DNA of 32,000 bases, taken from NCBI RefSeq assembly GCF_051201565.1, contig NZ_CP179200.1:1080001-1112000 (forward strand), read 5' to 3'. How positions within the stretch are numbered: position 1 is the first letter of the stretch; each line of letters opens with the position of its first letter. This document shows, piece after piece, positions 7,695-18,624 of the stretch. A program made the position numbers and the translations under genes. The notes beneath the pieces were generated by a model. The model had not been told where the DNA came from. It ran no database searches and worked only from the letters and a program-made list of their open reading frames with translations. This DNA is from Pseudothioglobus sp. nBUS_23. GTDB taxonomy: Bacteria > Pseudomonadota > Gammaproteobacteria > PS1 > Pseudothioglobaceae.

Positions 7695-9308
7695 ATGAGT
7701 CAACACTACGAAGTTTTAGCAAGGAAATACAGGCCTCATAATTTTCAAGAGCTAGTAGGTCAAACTCATACCATCAGAACTCTCGTTAATGCTCTAGACA
7801 ATAATAATCTTCATCACGGTTTTTTGTTTACAGGAACCCGAGGTGTTGGCAAAACCACAATTGCTAGGATTTTTGCTAAATCAGTAAACTGCGAAGAAGG
7901 AGTTAGCTCCACCCCATGCGGCAAATGTACAACCTGTCTTGAGATTGACAAAGGCCAATCTGTTGACCTCATAGAGCTAGATGCAGCGTCGAACACTGGC
8001 GTCGATCACATGAGAGAGATTCTGGAAAATGCCCAGTACACTCCAACTAAGAATTTATATAAAATTTACCTCATTGATGAGGTGCATATGCTCTCAAAAA
8101 GTAGCTTTAATGCCCTTTTAAAGACACTTGAAGAGCCCCCTGCTCACATCAAATTTTTACTTGCAACGACAGACCCTAAAAAGCTACCAATCACGGTCCT
8201 CTCCAGATGTCTTCAGTTCAACCTGAATAAACTTTCACACGAAGAAATTCTCAACCATCTCAAGTTTATTATGGATGAAGAAAAACTTAATTTTGATGAG
8301 AGCGCTTTATCTAAGATTGCTGAGTTCGGTAATGGATCCATGAGAGACGCACTAAGCCTTCTCGATCAATCTATCTCCTATGGGAACGGTTGCGTTAAAG
8401 AGGAAGACTTAAAAGAGATGTTGGGGCTAGTCAACCATAATGAAATCGTCAAACTCGCTAAGCTGATTAATAACAGGGATGCTGAAAAAATTCTATCATT
8501 CGTTAAGGATTTAGCTCACAAGGGTGAGAACTTGGCAAATGCATTAAGAGACTTGACATCGATTTTTCATCAAATTTCCATAGCTCAAGTTATCCAAGAT
8601 AACAATCAAATGAGTTCTGAAATCGCTGACCTTGCAAACAGTTTCTCAGCTCAAGATTTACAGCTTTATTATCAAATTGCAATCAACGGTCAGAAAGATA
8701 TGAACCTGTCACCAAGTGAACAAATTGGCCTGGAAATGACGCTACTAAGGATGATTGCTTTTCATCCAGATTATGATGATAGAGAAAAAAAAAATCTAAA
8801 GCCCACTCCAAATAAAAAATCAAAAGTTATTGACACAGCTGCTCCAAAAGAATCTCCAGAGTCTTCATCGAATCTAAGAGAGCCAAATGAAGAGATAAAT
8901 AAACTTGATATTAAAAATCAAAAAGAGTGGGAAGATATTATTAAAACTTTTGATTTCAATGGTGCTGGAAAAATGCTAGTAAAAAATACTGTATTCAAAT
9001 CTCTTGAAAATCAAACTCTAGTATTGACACTAAGCTCAGATTTTCTTAATCTTCTTACGCCCAAAACAGAAGACTCAATTAGAAATGGGCTCCATAAACA
9101 ATACCCTGCAGTCGAATTAATTTTTGAGCCGGGTGAGACTAATGGTGATTCGCTTTCACAAAAGGAGTCTGTCGAGAGAGAGCAAAAGCGCAAAGAAACA
9201 GAAAGTCAGTTTTTAAGTGATGATGGTCTCAAAGAGTTACAAGAAGTATTTAATTCGAAAGTGGATCTCAAATCTATCAAATCAATCAAGGAGTCAGACA
9301 ATGTTTAA
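7695..9308 (+). CDS. dnaX: DNA polymerase III subunit tau (possibly also gamma)
   Basis: 537 aa. Walker A GTRGVGKTT, zinc module CEEGVSSTPCGKCTTC, Walker B IYLIDEVHML, sensor/SRC motif VLSRC. The C-terminal tau-specific region is low-complexity and Lys/Glu-rich. Confidence 0.93.
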   Translation: MSQHYEVLARKYRPHNFQELVGQTHTIRTLVNALDNNNLHHGFLFTGTRGVGKTTIARIFAKSVNCEEGVSSTPCGKCTTCLEIDKGQSVDLIELDAASNTGVDHMREILENAQYTPTKNLYKIYLIDEVHMLSKSSFNALLKTLEEPPAHIKFLLATTDPKKLPITVLSRCLQFNLNKLSHEEILNHLKFIMDEEKLNFDESALSKIAEFGNGSMRDALSLLDQSISYGNGCVKEEDLKEMLGLVNHNEIVKLAKLINNRDAEKILSFVKDLAHKGENLANALRDLTSIFHQISIAQVIQDNNQMSSEIADLANSFSAQDLQLYYQIAINGQKDMNLSPSEQIGLEMTLLRMIAFHPDYDDREKKNLKPTPNKKSKVIDTAAPKESPESSSNLREPNEEINKLDIKNQKEWEDIIKTFDFNGAGKMLVKNTVFKSLENQTLVLTLSSDFLNLLTPKTEDSIRNGLHKQYPAVELIFEPGETNGDSLSQKESVEREQKRKETESQFLSDDGLKELQEVFNSKVDLKSIKSIKESDNV

Positions 9309-9606
9309 AGGCGGTATGGCAGGAATGATGCAAAAAGCCAAGCAAATGCAGGAAGATATGGAGGCTGTTCAAAGAGAGATCAAACTACTAAGCTGTGAGG
9401 GTGATGCAGCATCAGGTGCAGTAAAAGTTGAGATGAACGGAGACTACATGGTCACCAATATCTTTATAGCAGAATCATTGACTTCAGACAAAGAGATGTT
9501 GGAAGATTTAATAATAATGGCTGTCAATGATGCATCTTCAAAAGTCAATAAAATTTCTAAGGATAAGATGAAAAATGTGACTGGTGGACTCAATCTACCA
9601 TTCTAA
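9301..9606 (+). CDS. ybaB: Nucleoid-associated protein YbaB/EbfC
   Basis: 101 aa from the ATG at 9301 (MFKGGMAGMMQKAKQMQEDMEAVQ...), a typical YbaB N-terminus. It overlaps the dnaX stop (ATGTTTAA). The ORF-track start at 9217 lies inside dnaX and is rejected. Conserved dnaX-ybaB-recR synteny. Confidence 0.88.
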   Translation: MFKGGMAGMMQKAKQMQEDMEAVQREIKLLSCEGDAASGAVKVEMNGDYMVTNIFIAESLTSDKEMLEDLIIMAVNDASSKVNKISKDKMKNVTGGLNLPF

Positions 9607-9626
9607 TTAACTATTTATAAATAAAG

Positions 9627-10211
9627 ATGATTGAGAAATTAAATAAAGCTTTTAGCAAACTACCTGGAGTTGGCTCTAAAACCGCTCAAAGGTTTATCTA
9701 TCATCTCCTTGAGAGAGACAGATTAGGCGGGTTAGAACTTTCAAAAGCACTCAAAGAGGCAATGGAGAACGTCAAAAATTGTGAAAAATGCCGTACATTG
9801 ACCGAAAAAAATGTTTGTGAAATTTGCTCTAATGAATCTCGAGAGAACACACAGCTCTGCGTCGTCGAAACGCCATCTGATATCCACGTGATTGAACAAA
9901 GTGGAGTATATAAGGGGAAGTACTTCGTTTTAAGCGGTTATCTCTCTCCAATAGACGGAATTGGCGCAAAGGAGCTAGGCCTTGACGAACTTGAAGTATT
10001 GCTAACTAACGAGGAGGTAAAAGAACTCATCTTGGCAACCAATGCAACCATAGAGGGTGAAGTGACCGCTCACTACATACATAATTTAGCAAAAAAATGC
10101 CAAATTAAAACGACAAGAATCGCGCACGGAATTCCTTTAGGTGGTGAGCTAGAATATACTGATATTAATACAATTGCACACGCTCTATCTGGGCGAAAAG
10201 ATTACAACTAG
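9627..10211 (+). CDS. recR: Recombination protein RecR
   Basis: 194 aa. N-terminal HhH (LPGVGSKTAQRF), C4 zinc finger (CEKCRTLTEKNVCEIC) and a Toprim domain (LCVVETPSD...ATNATIEGE). Confidence 0.93.
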   Translation: MIEKLNKAFSKLPGVGSKTAQRFIYHLLERDRLGGLELSKALKEAMENVKNCEKCRTLTEKNVCEICSNESRENTQLCVVETPSDIHVIEQSGVYKGKYFVLSGYLSPIDGIGAKELGLDELEVLLTNEEVKELILATNATIEGEVTAHYIHNLAKKCQIKTTRIAHGIPLGGELEYTDINTIAHALSGRKDYN

Positions 10212-10285
10212 TCAACCTTTAAAGGCTTATTCAAGTCAACTCACTTATTGTATAATATGTCAGTTTTATCCGACACCTTGCCTTC

Positions 10286-13033
10286 ATGGAAAAAACATAT
10301 AACCCAGAAATTATCGAACAAAAGTATCGTGAATTGTGGGAGAAAGGCGACCTCTTCTCTTCAAATGCTAATTCATCCAGTAAGGATGCTTTTAGTATTG
10401 TTTTGCCTCCGCCTAACGTAACCGGTAGCCTGCACATGGGTCACGCCTTTCAGCATACGATTATGGACGTTTATACGCGATACAATAGAAGCAAAGGAAA
10501 TCAAACTCTTTGGCAACCTGGGACTGATCATGCAGGAATAGCCACTCAAATGGTTGTAGAACGTCAACTCAGCATGAAGAATATCTCTAGACACGACCTA
10601 GGAAGAGATAAATTTACTGAAAAGGTCTGGGATTGGAAATCACAGTCTGGAGGCACAATCACCTCTCAGATGAGACGTCTTGGAGCATCTGTTGACTGGG
10701 ATAGAGAACGCTTTACGATGGATGAACCTCTCTCTGAGGCAGTAAGAAAAGTCTTTGTTCAGCTTTACAATGAAGGACTCATTTATAGGGGAAAAAGACT
10801 GGTCAACTGGGATCCTGTCCTGTTAACTGCAGTCTCTGATCTAGAGGTCATTAGTAAGGAAGAAAGTGGATATTTATGGCATATCAAATACCAGGTCTCT
10901 GACTCTGAAGAGACATTAGTAGTAGCAACGACAAGACCTGAAACAATGCTTGGAGACTCTGCAGTGGCCGTGCACCCAGATGATAAGCGATATCAGAACC
11001 TGGTTGGTCAATCAATCGACCTGCCACTGTCAAAGAGAAAAATTCCAATTATTGCTGATGATTATGTTGATATGGAATTTGGGACTGGCTGCGTGAAAAT
11101 AACCCCTGCCCATGACTTTAATGACTATGAAATTGGACAACGGCACAACTTAGAAATTATCAATGTTCTGACAGATGATGCCAAAATAAATTCAAATGCC
11201 CCTCAGAAGTATCAAAATTTAGATCGCTTTGAAGCAAGGAAAACAATTGTTGCAGATTTAGAGAAGCAAAACTTAATTGAAAAAATTGATCCACACACAC
11301 TCATGGTGCCTCGCGGTGACAGGACAAACAGCATTATTGAACCTTATATGACAGACCAGTGGTTCGTTAAAGTTAAGCCCCTGGCTGAGCCTGCTATTGA
11401 AGCAGTCAAAAATGGAAGCATTCGATTTGTTCCTGAAAACTGGGAAAAGACCTACTTTAATTGGATGGAGAACATAGAAGATTGGTGCATTTCTCGTCAA
11501 ATTTGGTGGGGCCATAGAATTCCAGCTTGGTATGACAAAGATGGTAAATATTATGTCGCAGATACCCTTGAAGAGGCTCAAATTCAAGCCGGAAAAGGTG
11601 TTGAGTTAAATCAGGATGACGACGTTCTAGACACATGGTTTTCTTCAGCCTTATGGCCTTTTTCAACCCTTGGATGGCCTGAAGAGACACCCGAACTATC
11701 ACGTTTTTATCCAACAAGTGTTCTTGTAACTGGCTTCGATATCATATTTTTCTGGGTTGCTCGAATGATTATGTTTGGGCTTAAATTCGCTGGAGACGTT
11801 CCATTTAGAGATATATACATAACCGGACTCATCAAGGATGGTAACGGCCAAAAAATGAGCAAATCCAAAGGCAATGTTCTTGATCCTATTGATCTTATTG
11901 ATGGAATCGGTCTTGAAGACCTTCTAGACAAAAGAACCCAAGGCATGATGCAGCCAAAGTTAGCTGAAAAAATAAAAAAACAAACCCAAAAGGAGTTCCC
12001 TAATGGAATTCCATCATTTGGAACAGATGCCATTAGGTTTACCTTTACCGCTCTAGCTTCATTCGGTCGTGATATTAAATTCGACCTCAAGCGAGTGGAA
12101 GGATACAGAAACTTCTGTAATAAACTATGGAATGCTTCTCGCTTTGTATTAATGAACCTTGAGTCAAAAAACATTAACAATGATGCAAAGTTTTCAAGCC
12201 AGGATAAGTGGATTCTCTCAAGATTACAACAGGTAAAGATTGAAGTTCAAAAACACCTCTCAGACTATCGTTTAGACCTTATGAGTCAAACCTTATATGA
12301 ATTTGTATGGCATGACTATTGCGACTGGTATCTTGAACTCTCTAAACCCCTTCTCGATAACCCTCAAACTAAAGAGGGTTGCCAATTGACTTTGATTAAG
12401 GTTTTAACTGAAACGCTTGTTTTGCTGCATCCAATAATTCCATTTATCACTGAAGAGATATTTGAACAGTCTCAAAAAATACTATCAAATTCCCAAGATA
12501 AATTGATTTCTCAACCTTTTCCAGAAGCTCAAGATGAGCTACTTGATAACAATGCTGAAGCAGAGATAGCCTGGCTCAAGGACTTTATTCTTGGCATCAG
12601 GAAAATTAGGGGTGAGATGAATATATCTCCTGGCAAGCCTCTGCCATGCTTCTTAAAAAATTTTAGCTCCCAGGATAAGGCATATATCGATAACAACAAT
12701 TCAATCCTAACGACAATTGCTAAGCTAGACTCAATTAGCTTACTATCAGCAGAAGATGAAGAAGATGAGTCTGCAATAGCTCTAGTCGGAGATATGAAAA
12801 TACTTATTCCATTAGCCGGCCTAATCGACAAGCGAGCAGAACAAGAAAGGCTTGATAAAGAGATCGAAAAACTAGTTAAACTAAAATCACAATTTTCAGC
12901 TAAATTAAGCAACGAAAAATTTGTTAAGGGGGCTCCTGAAGCAATTGTAATGAATGAAAAAGAGAAGCTTGCTTCAACTGAAAGCGCTTTGAAGGATCTC
13001 GAAGCGCAACTCGAGAAAATTTCTAATCTATAG
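10286..13033 (+). CDS. valS: Valyl-tRNA synthetase
   Basis: 915 aa. [14 protein letters not shown] (HIGH), literal KMSKSKGN, an editing-domain insertion, and the C-terminal coiled coil typical of ValRS. Confidence 0.95.
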   Translation: MEKTYNPEIIEQKYRELWEKGDLFSSNANSSSKDAFSIVLPPPNVTGSLHMGHAFQHTIMDVYTRYNRSKGNQTLWQPGTDHAGIATQMVVERQLSMKNISRHDLGRDKFTEKVWDWKSQSGGTITSQMRRLGASVDWDRERFTMDEPLSEAVRKVFVQLYNEGLIYRGKRLVNWDPVLLTAVSDLEVISKEESGYLWHIKYQVSDSEETLVVATTRPETMLGDSAVAVHPDDKRYQNLVGQSIDLPLSKRKIPIIADDYVDMEFGTGCVKITPAHDFNDYEIGQRHNLEIINVLTDDAKINSNAPQKYQNLDRFEARKTIVADLEKQNLIEKIDPHTLMVPRGDRTNSIIEPYMTDQWFVKVKPLAEPAIEAVKNGSIRFVPENWEKTYFNWMENIEDWCISRQIWWGHRIPAWYDKDGKYYVADTLEEAQIQAGKGVELNQDDDVLDTWFSSALWPFSTLGWPEETPELSRFYPTSVLVTGFDIIFFWVARMIMFGLKFAGDVPFRDIYITGLIKDGNGQKMSKSKGNVLDPIDLIDGIGLEDLLDKRTQGMMQPKLAEKIKKQTQKEFPNGIPSFGTDAIRFTFTALASFGRDIKFDLKRVEGYRNFCNKLWNASRFVLMNLESKNINNDAKFSSQDKWILSRLQQVKIEVQKHLSDYRLDLMSQTLYEFVWHDYCDWYLELSKPLLDNPQTKEGCQLTLIKVLTETLVLLHPIIPFITEEIFEQSQKILSNSQDKLISQPFPEAQDELLDNNAEAEIAWLKDFILGIRKIRGEMNISPGKPLPCFLKNFSSQDKAYIDNNNSILTTIAKLDSISLLSAEDEEDESAIALVGDMKILIPLAGLIDKRAEQERLDKEIEKLVKLKSQFSAKLSNEKFVKGAPEAIVMNEKEKLASTESALKDLEAQLEKISNL

Positions 13034-13122
13034 GATCATCACTGTAATTCATTGAAAAAACACATAAAACGTACATTAAATATCTAAGACAAAGTCACAA
13101 TAGGCTAACTTAAAAAATTAAT

Positions 13123-13773
13123 ATGAATAAAATCAAGATTCTTACAATTGCACTGATTATTCTAGCTTTTAAAGTTAGTGCGGAATCTTATGTCTACATT
13201 ACTGATCAACTTGACCTTCCAATCCGATCTGATAAAGAGTTTGGTAACAATATAATTCGTCTGCTTCCATCTGGAACTGAGCTCTCTTTATTACAGAGCA
13301 CTGAGGATGGATGGGCTCAAGTTCAGTTTGATGACACAATAGGATGGATTAAATCATTCTACTTATCTCCAGATCCTTCTGCTCGAGAGAAATTAAAAAA
13401 GTTGACAAGATCAAACAATGCTAACAAACTTTTAATAACTAAACTAAATACTGAAAAGGAAGATCTTGAAAAACAGTTGTCTTCACTAAAACAAGAAAAC
13501 ACAAATCTAGTGGTTCAAAGCTCAAAATCACAAGCAGAGAAAGAGCATATTGAGCAAATATATCAAGATGCTCTCAAATTAGAGCACGAAAATGAAAAAC
13601 TCATTCAGGAAAAACTTCAATTAAAGGCAGAGCTTCAGCTCGCTGAAAACAACACTCAAATTCAAAAAGATACCAGCTCAAGAAATTGGTTTATAGTCGG
13701 AGCAATAGTGCTTTTCTTTGGAATGATGATTGGGTTTATTGTTCCTGGTCTTCTCAATAGAAAGCGGTTTTAA
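13123..13773 (+). CDS. SH3-domain membrane-anchored protein (YgiM/TIGR04211-like)
   Basis: 216 aa. Signal peptide, then a bacterial SH3-like segment (GWAQVQFDDTIGWIKSFYL), a long Glu/Lys/Gln coiled coil, and a C-terminal TM anchor (WFIVGAIVLFFGMMIGFIV). Confidence 0.55.
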   Translation: MNKIKILTIALIILAFKVSAESYVYITDQLDLPIRSDKEFGNNIIRLLPSGTELSLLQSTEDGWAQVQFDDTIGWIKSFYLSPDPSAREKLKKLTRSNNANKLLITKLNTEKEDLEKQLSSLKQENTNLVVQSSKSQAEKEHIEQIYQDALKLEHENEKLIQEKLQLKAELQLAENNTQIQKDTSSRNWFIVGAIVLFFGMMIGFIVPGLLNRKRF

Positions 13774-13779
13774 GAATAG

Positions 13780-15249
<1,470 letters not shown>

Positions 15250-15258
15250 AAACAAAAA

Positions 15259-16521
15259 TCAAAGAAAACGATCGATTGAAAATAATCTACTATTAGATAA
15301 ATTTTGATTATTTGTTATCAAATCACACATTAATTTAGCTGAAGTTGCTGCATGAGTCAAACCATAATGACCATGACCACAATTATAAAACACTCTATTT
15401 AATTTTTGAGATCTTGAAATTACTGGCAATGAATCTGGCATTGAAGGTCGACTTCCCATCCAAAAATTTGCCCCCTCTATATTTAGTCCAGGAAATAATT
15501 CTTGACTAATTCGACTAATAGAGTCGAAATAAGCTTGATTTGCTGGACGCCTAGGATTAGCATATTCAGCCCATCCACCAATCCTAAGGCCACTTCTCAA
15601 ACTTGTTGCTACGATTCCCCGATCAGCAAAAACAATTGGAATGTCTATTTTAATATTTGGAGAAGGAATAGTTAGGTTGTATCCCCTTTCTGATGTCATT
15701 GGTAAAAAATCACCCAAAGATTTAGCAAATGAAATTGAATCAATACCAGCAGCTATAATTACTGCATCATATTTAAAACTTCCATTTTCAGCATCAATTA
15801 AAACGGAATTTAAGCTTTCACTAATTCTCTTAACTTGATTTTTATAAAAAACAACTCCACTCTTTTGAGCTTCATTCGAAAGATTTTTTACTATGTCAAA
15901 TGGCTCAGTTACTTTCCCCCATTCATGAGATAAGAAGGCGTGCTTGAATTTATTATTAATAGTTGGTGTAATTTTAGCGATTGATTCTTCATTTAATGAT
16001 TCACTAGAAAAACCTCTTTTGGCTCTCTCATTCCAACCTTTCTTACTTGAATTAAAACTTTTTTTTGTATCATATATAAATGCACATCCTCCATAATCAA
16101 CCATCTCACCCAGACCATATGATTCTAATAGCGTTTTAGTATCATTTAGAGAATTTTTACCAAGAAAACTTATGGCATCTGTTGCTTTTTGAAAACGACT
16201 TCCATGAGATGTTAGTAAAAATCTGCAAAACCATGGAATTTGAGACCAAAAATCACTTAATGGAACTTTTAAAGGAGCATCAGAATCAAATAACATTTTT
16301 AACGCCTTAAAGTGTATACCTGGAACGCTAAGAGGAAAAATATCTGAAGCACCAATATGACCTGCATTTGCCTTGGATGCTCCACCTTCACCAGGATTTG
16401 AAGGGTCATAAATGCTTACATGATAGCCTTTTTGATTCAAAGTACAGGCACTTGAAACACCGACAATACCAGCCCCAATTACTGCCACTGAAGACCCCAA
16501 AGGAATATTTGATGTCAGCAT
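15259..16521 (-). CDS. FAD-dependent D-amino-acid dehydrogenase family oxidoreductase (candidate D-hydroxyproline / D-imino-acid dehydrogenase)
   Basis: 420 aa. N-terminal Rossmann motif VAVIGAGIVGVSSA...YD. DAO/DadA-like length and C-terminal GHGHYGLT motif. Last gene of the minus-strand catabolic operon. Confidence 0.7.
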   Translation of the reverse strand: MLTSNIPLGSSVAVIGAGIVGVSSACTLNQKGYHVSIYDPSNPGEGGASKANAGHIGASDIFPLSVPGIHFKALKMLFDSDAPLKVPLSDFWSQIPWFCRFLLTSHGSRFQKATDAISFLGKNSLNDTKTLLESYGLGEMVDYGGCAFIYDTKKSFNSSKKGWNERAKRGFSSESLNEESIAKITPTINNKFKHAFLSHEWGKVTEPFDIVKNLSNEAQKSGVVFYKNQVKRISESLNSVLIDAENGSFKYDAVIIAAGIDSISFAKSLGDFLPMTSERGYNLTIPSPNIKIDIPIVFADRGIVATSLRSGLRIGGWAEYANPRRPANQAYFDSISRISQELFPGLNIEGANFWMGSRPSMPDSLPVISRSQKLNRVFYNCGHGHYGLTHAATSAKLMCDLITNNQNLSNSRLFSIDRFL

Positions 16522-16529
16522 TATTAAAA

Positions 16530-17564
16530 CTAACTTAGCAAGTCAAACGCATCACCCCAGCAATCTGCAACTTTATAACCCAAAGGGAAAGGATCACTTG
16601 GATCCACTCCAATTTGATGAACTCCATGAATCCAGCCTCGACCAGAAACTCTTGGAATAATTCCAGATTTACCAGCAATAGTTTTTTTCTCAAGTATTTC
16701 TACTTTGAACTCACTATCTATTATTGACCTAGCTAGGAAGCTCTGGCCAACTTTAGCCTCACCTCTAGCCTCCATTACAGCTAGACGCGCAGAGTTACCA
16801 GTCCCACAGGGGGAGCGATCAATTCGACCAGGTGGGAGAATTGTTGCTCCTTTCATAACTCCATCACTATCATGTCCAACAAACATTGTGTAAGAAATGC
16901 CTTTTAAGTCTTCAAGCTCAGGATGTCTTATATTTAACTGGCTATTGACCGCCCTATGAATACTGTTTCCTATATCAACAAGCTGACGGGCATTTTCTGG
17001 CAGAATTTTCAAACCAAACTGAATGGGGTCAATTAAGGCATAAAAAATACCTCCAAAGGCTATGTCAACTTTAACCTCTCCAAGACCTTCAACTTCAATA
17101 ATTGTATCTAGCTGTTCGGCATATGATGGAGTCATATCCAATGTGACACGTTCACATTTTCCATTTTTACAACTAGCAACAGCACGAACCAGTCCTGCTG
17201 GAGTATCTAATGTTACAATCGTTTCAGGCTCTAACATTTCAATCTTTCCAGTTTCTAGCAAAACAGTAACTAAACAAATACTATTTGAACCAGACATTGC
17301 GTGTGCTTTATCACCTTGTAGAATTAAAAAACCTATATCAGCTTCTTGATGAGTAGGCTCAAAAATTAAATTTGTTGACATTTGTGCATATCCACGGGGC
17401 TCAAATACTAAAAAACGACGCAAACTATCATCTTCTTCATTGATATAATTCATTTTTTCCAGCATCGTTTGACCTGGAATATCAATTACCCCACTAGTAA
17501 CTATTCGACCCACCTCTCCTTCTGCATGAGCCTCTACCATCGTTATAGTTTTTTTCCAACGCAT
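16530..17564 (-). CDS. Proline racemase superfamily protein, Ser/Cys type (paralogue A); activity not assignable
   Basis: 344 aa. Family motifs [24 protein letters not shown] (Ser91 where the first catalytic Cys is expected) and [12 protein letters not shown] (Cys253, second catalytic Cys). Confidence 0.85.
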   Translation of the reverse strand: MRWKKTITMVEAHAEGEVGRIVTSGVIDIPGQTMLEKMNYINEEDDSLRRFLVFEPRGYAQMSTNLIFEPTHQEADIGFLILQGDKAHAMSGSNSICLVTVLLETGKIEMLEPETIVTLDTPAGLVRAVASCKNGKCERVTLDMTPSYAEQLDTIIEVEGLGEVKVDIAFGGIFYALIDPIQFGLKILPENARQLVDIGNSIHRAVNSQLNIRHPELEDLKGISYTMFVGHDSDGVMKGATILPPGRIDRSPCGTGNSARLAVMEARGEAKVGQSFLARSIIDSEFKVEILEKKTIAGKSGIIPRVSGRGWIHGVHQIGVDPSDPFPLGYKVADCWGDAFDLLS

Positions 17565-17592
17565 TAGCTATAGACTCTTAATAAAAGTAATT

Positions 17593-18624
17593 TCATTGCT
17601 TAATCGGCCATGTGTCTGAAAGGCGATATCCTTCAGGCCAAGGATCCTCAGGATCAAGCATAAGCTGATGAGTTCCAGTAATCCAGGCCCTACCACGAAT
17701 TGAGGGAATAATAGCTATCTTTTTACCCACCATTGTCTCTTCAACTATACTGCAATCAAAGCGAGAATCAGTGATTGAGCGGCCAATCATGCGGTCACCT
17801 TTTTTCAATTCTCCTTTTGCATGAAGAACTGACATACGAGCAGAGCAGCCAGTTCCACAAGGTGAGCGATCTAATTTACCTGGGTCTATTACAACACTAT
17901 TACGACTAACTTTCACGCCTTCTTCTTCAAATAATGGAAGTGCAAGCTCGCAGAATGAAATATGTCTCCAATCAGAATTAGTCGGGTGATTAAAGTCAAG
18001 CTGTAGATTAGCAGCAGCAGTTATTTTTGAACCCATTTCAGCTATATCTTTAGCCTCATCAGGCTTAATTTCAAAGCCAAGTTCAGCAGCATCAACAATA
18101 ACAAAGCTATCTCCTCCATAGGCAGTGTCAACCTTAAGGGAGCCCAAGCCTTCAACTTCAATATGAACATCTAGCTGGTCAGCAAAAGAGGCTACATTGT
18201 GAACTTCTATGCTTTTTGCTTTACCATTTTCACAATACGCTTTAACTGGAACAAGGCCGCCAGGAGCCTCGAGTACAAATTCAGTAATTGGCTCCTTCAT
18301 CTCAATCATTCCAGTATCAAGCAAAACAGTTGAAACGCAAATGGAATTTGATCCAGACATAGGAGGGGTATGTTCAGGCTCCATAACAATAAAACCTTGA
18401 TGAGCCTTTGGATTATGGGCTGGCACTAGAAGATTTACATGTTTAAATACGCCTCCCCTGGGCTCATTTAAAACAAATTGACGCAATTTTTGATCCTGAT
18501 TAATCCATAGTGCTTTATCCCAAAGTGTATCACCCTTGGGTGGCGCTACTCCTCCAACAATCACATTGCCTACTTCACCTTCAGCATGGCAGGAAACCAC
18601 ATGAATTAATTTACTACTTCTCAT
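17593..18624 (-). CDS. Proline racemase superfamily protein, Ser/Cys type (paralogue B); activity not assignable
   Basis: 343 aa. [25 protein letters not shown] (Ser90) and [12 protein letters not shown] (Cys256). The start overlaps the ALDH stop (ATGA). Confidence 0.85.
   Translation of the reverse strand: MRSSKLIHVVSCHAEGEVGNVIVGGVAPPKGDTLWDKALWINQDQKLRQFVLNEPRGGVFKHVNLLVPAHNPKAHQGFIVMEPEHTPPMSGSNSICVSTVLLDTGMIEMKEPITEFVLEAPGGLVPVKAYCENGKAKSIEVHNVASFADQLDVHIEVEGLGSLKVDTAYGGDSFVIVDAAELGFEIKPDEAKDIAEMGSKITAAANLQLDFNHPTNSDWRHISFCELALPLFEEEGVKVSRNSVVIDPGKLDRSPCGTGCSARMSVLHAKGELKKGDRMIGRSITDSRFDCSIVEETMVGKKIAIIPSIRGRAWITGTHQLMLDPEDPWPEGYRLSDTWPIKQ

Noticed and set aside
9217-9300. Upstream ORF-track start (129-aa version) for ybaB.
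   Set aside because: The extension MMMVSKSYKKYLIRKW... lies inside the dnaX coding sequence in another frame. The conserved YbaB N-terminus begins at the ATG at 9301, which overlaps the dnaX stop.
11707-12180. 157-aa minus-strand ORF, with neighbours at 11273..11587, 11457..11717 and 12529..12912, all antisense to valS.
   Set aside because: They lie wholly inside a confidently identified 915-aa ValRS gene. Their composition is low-complexity and Ser/Leu/Arg-rich, typical of the antisense frame, and they carry no recognisable motifs.
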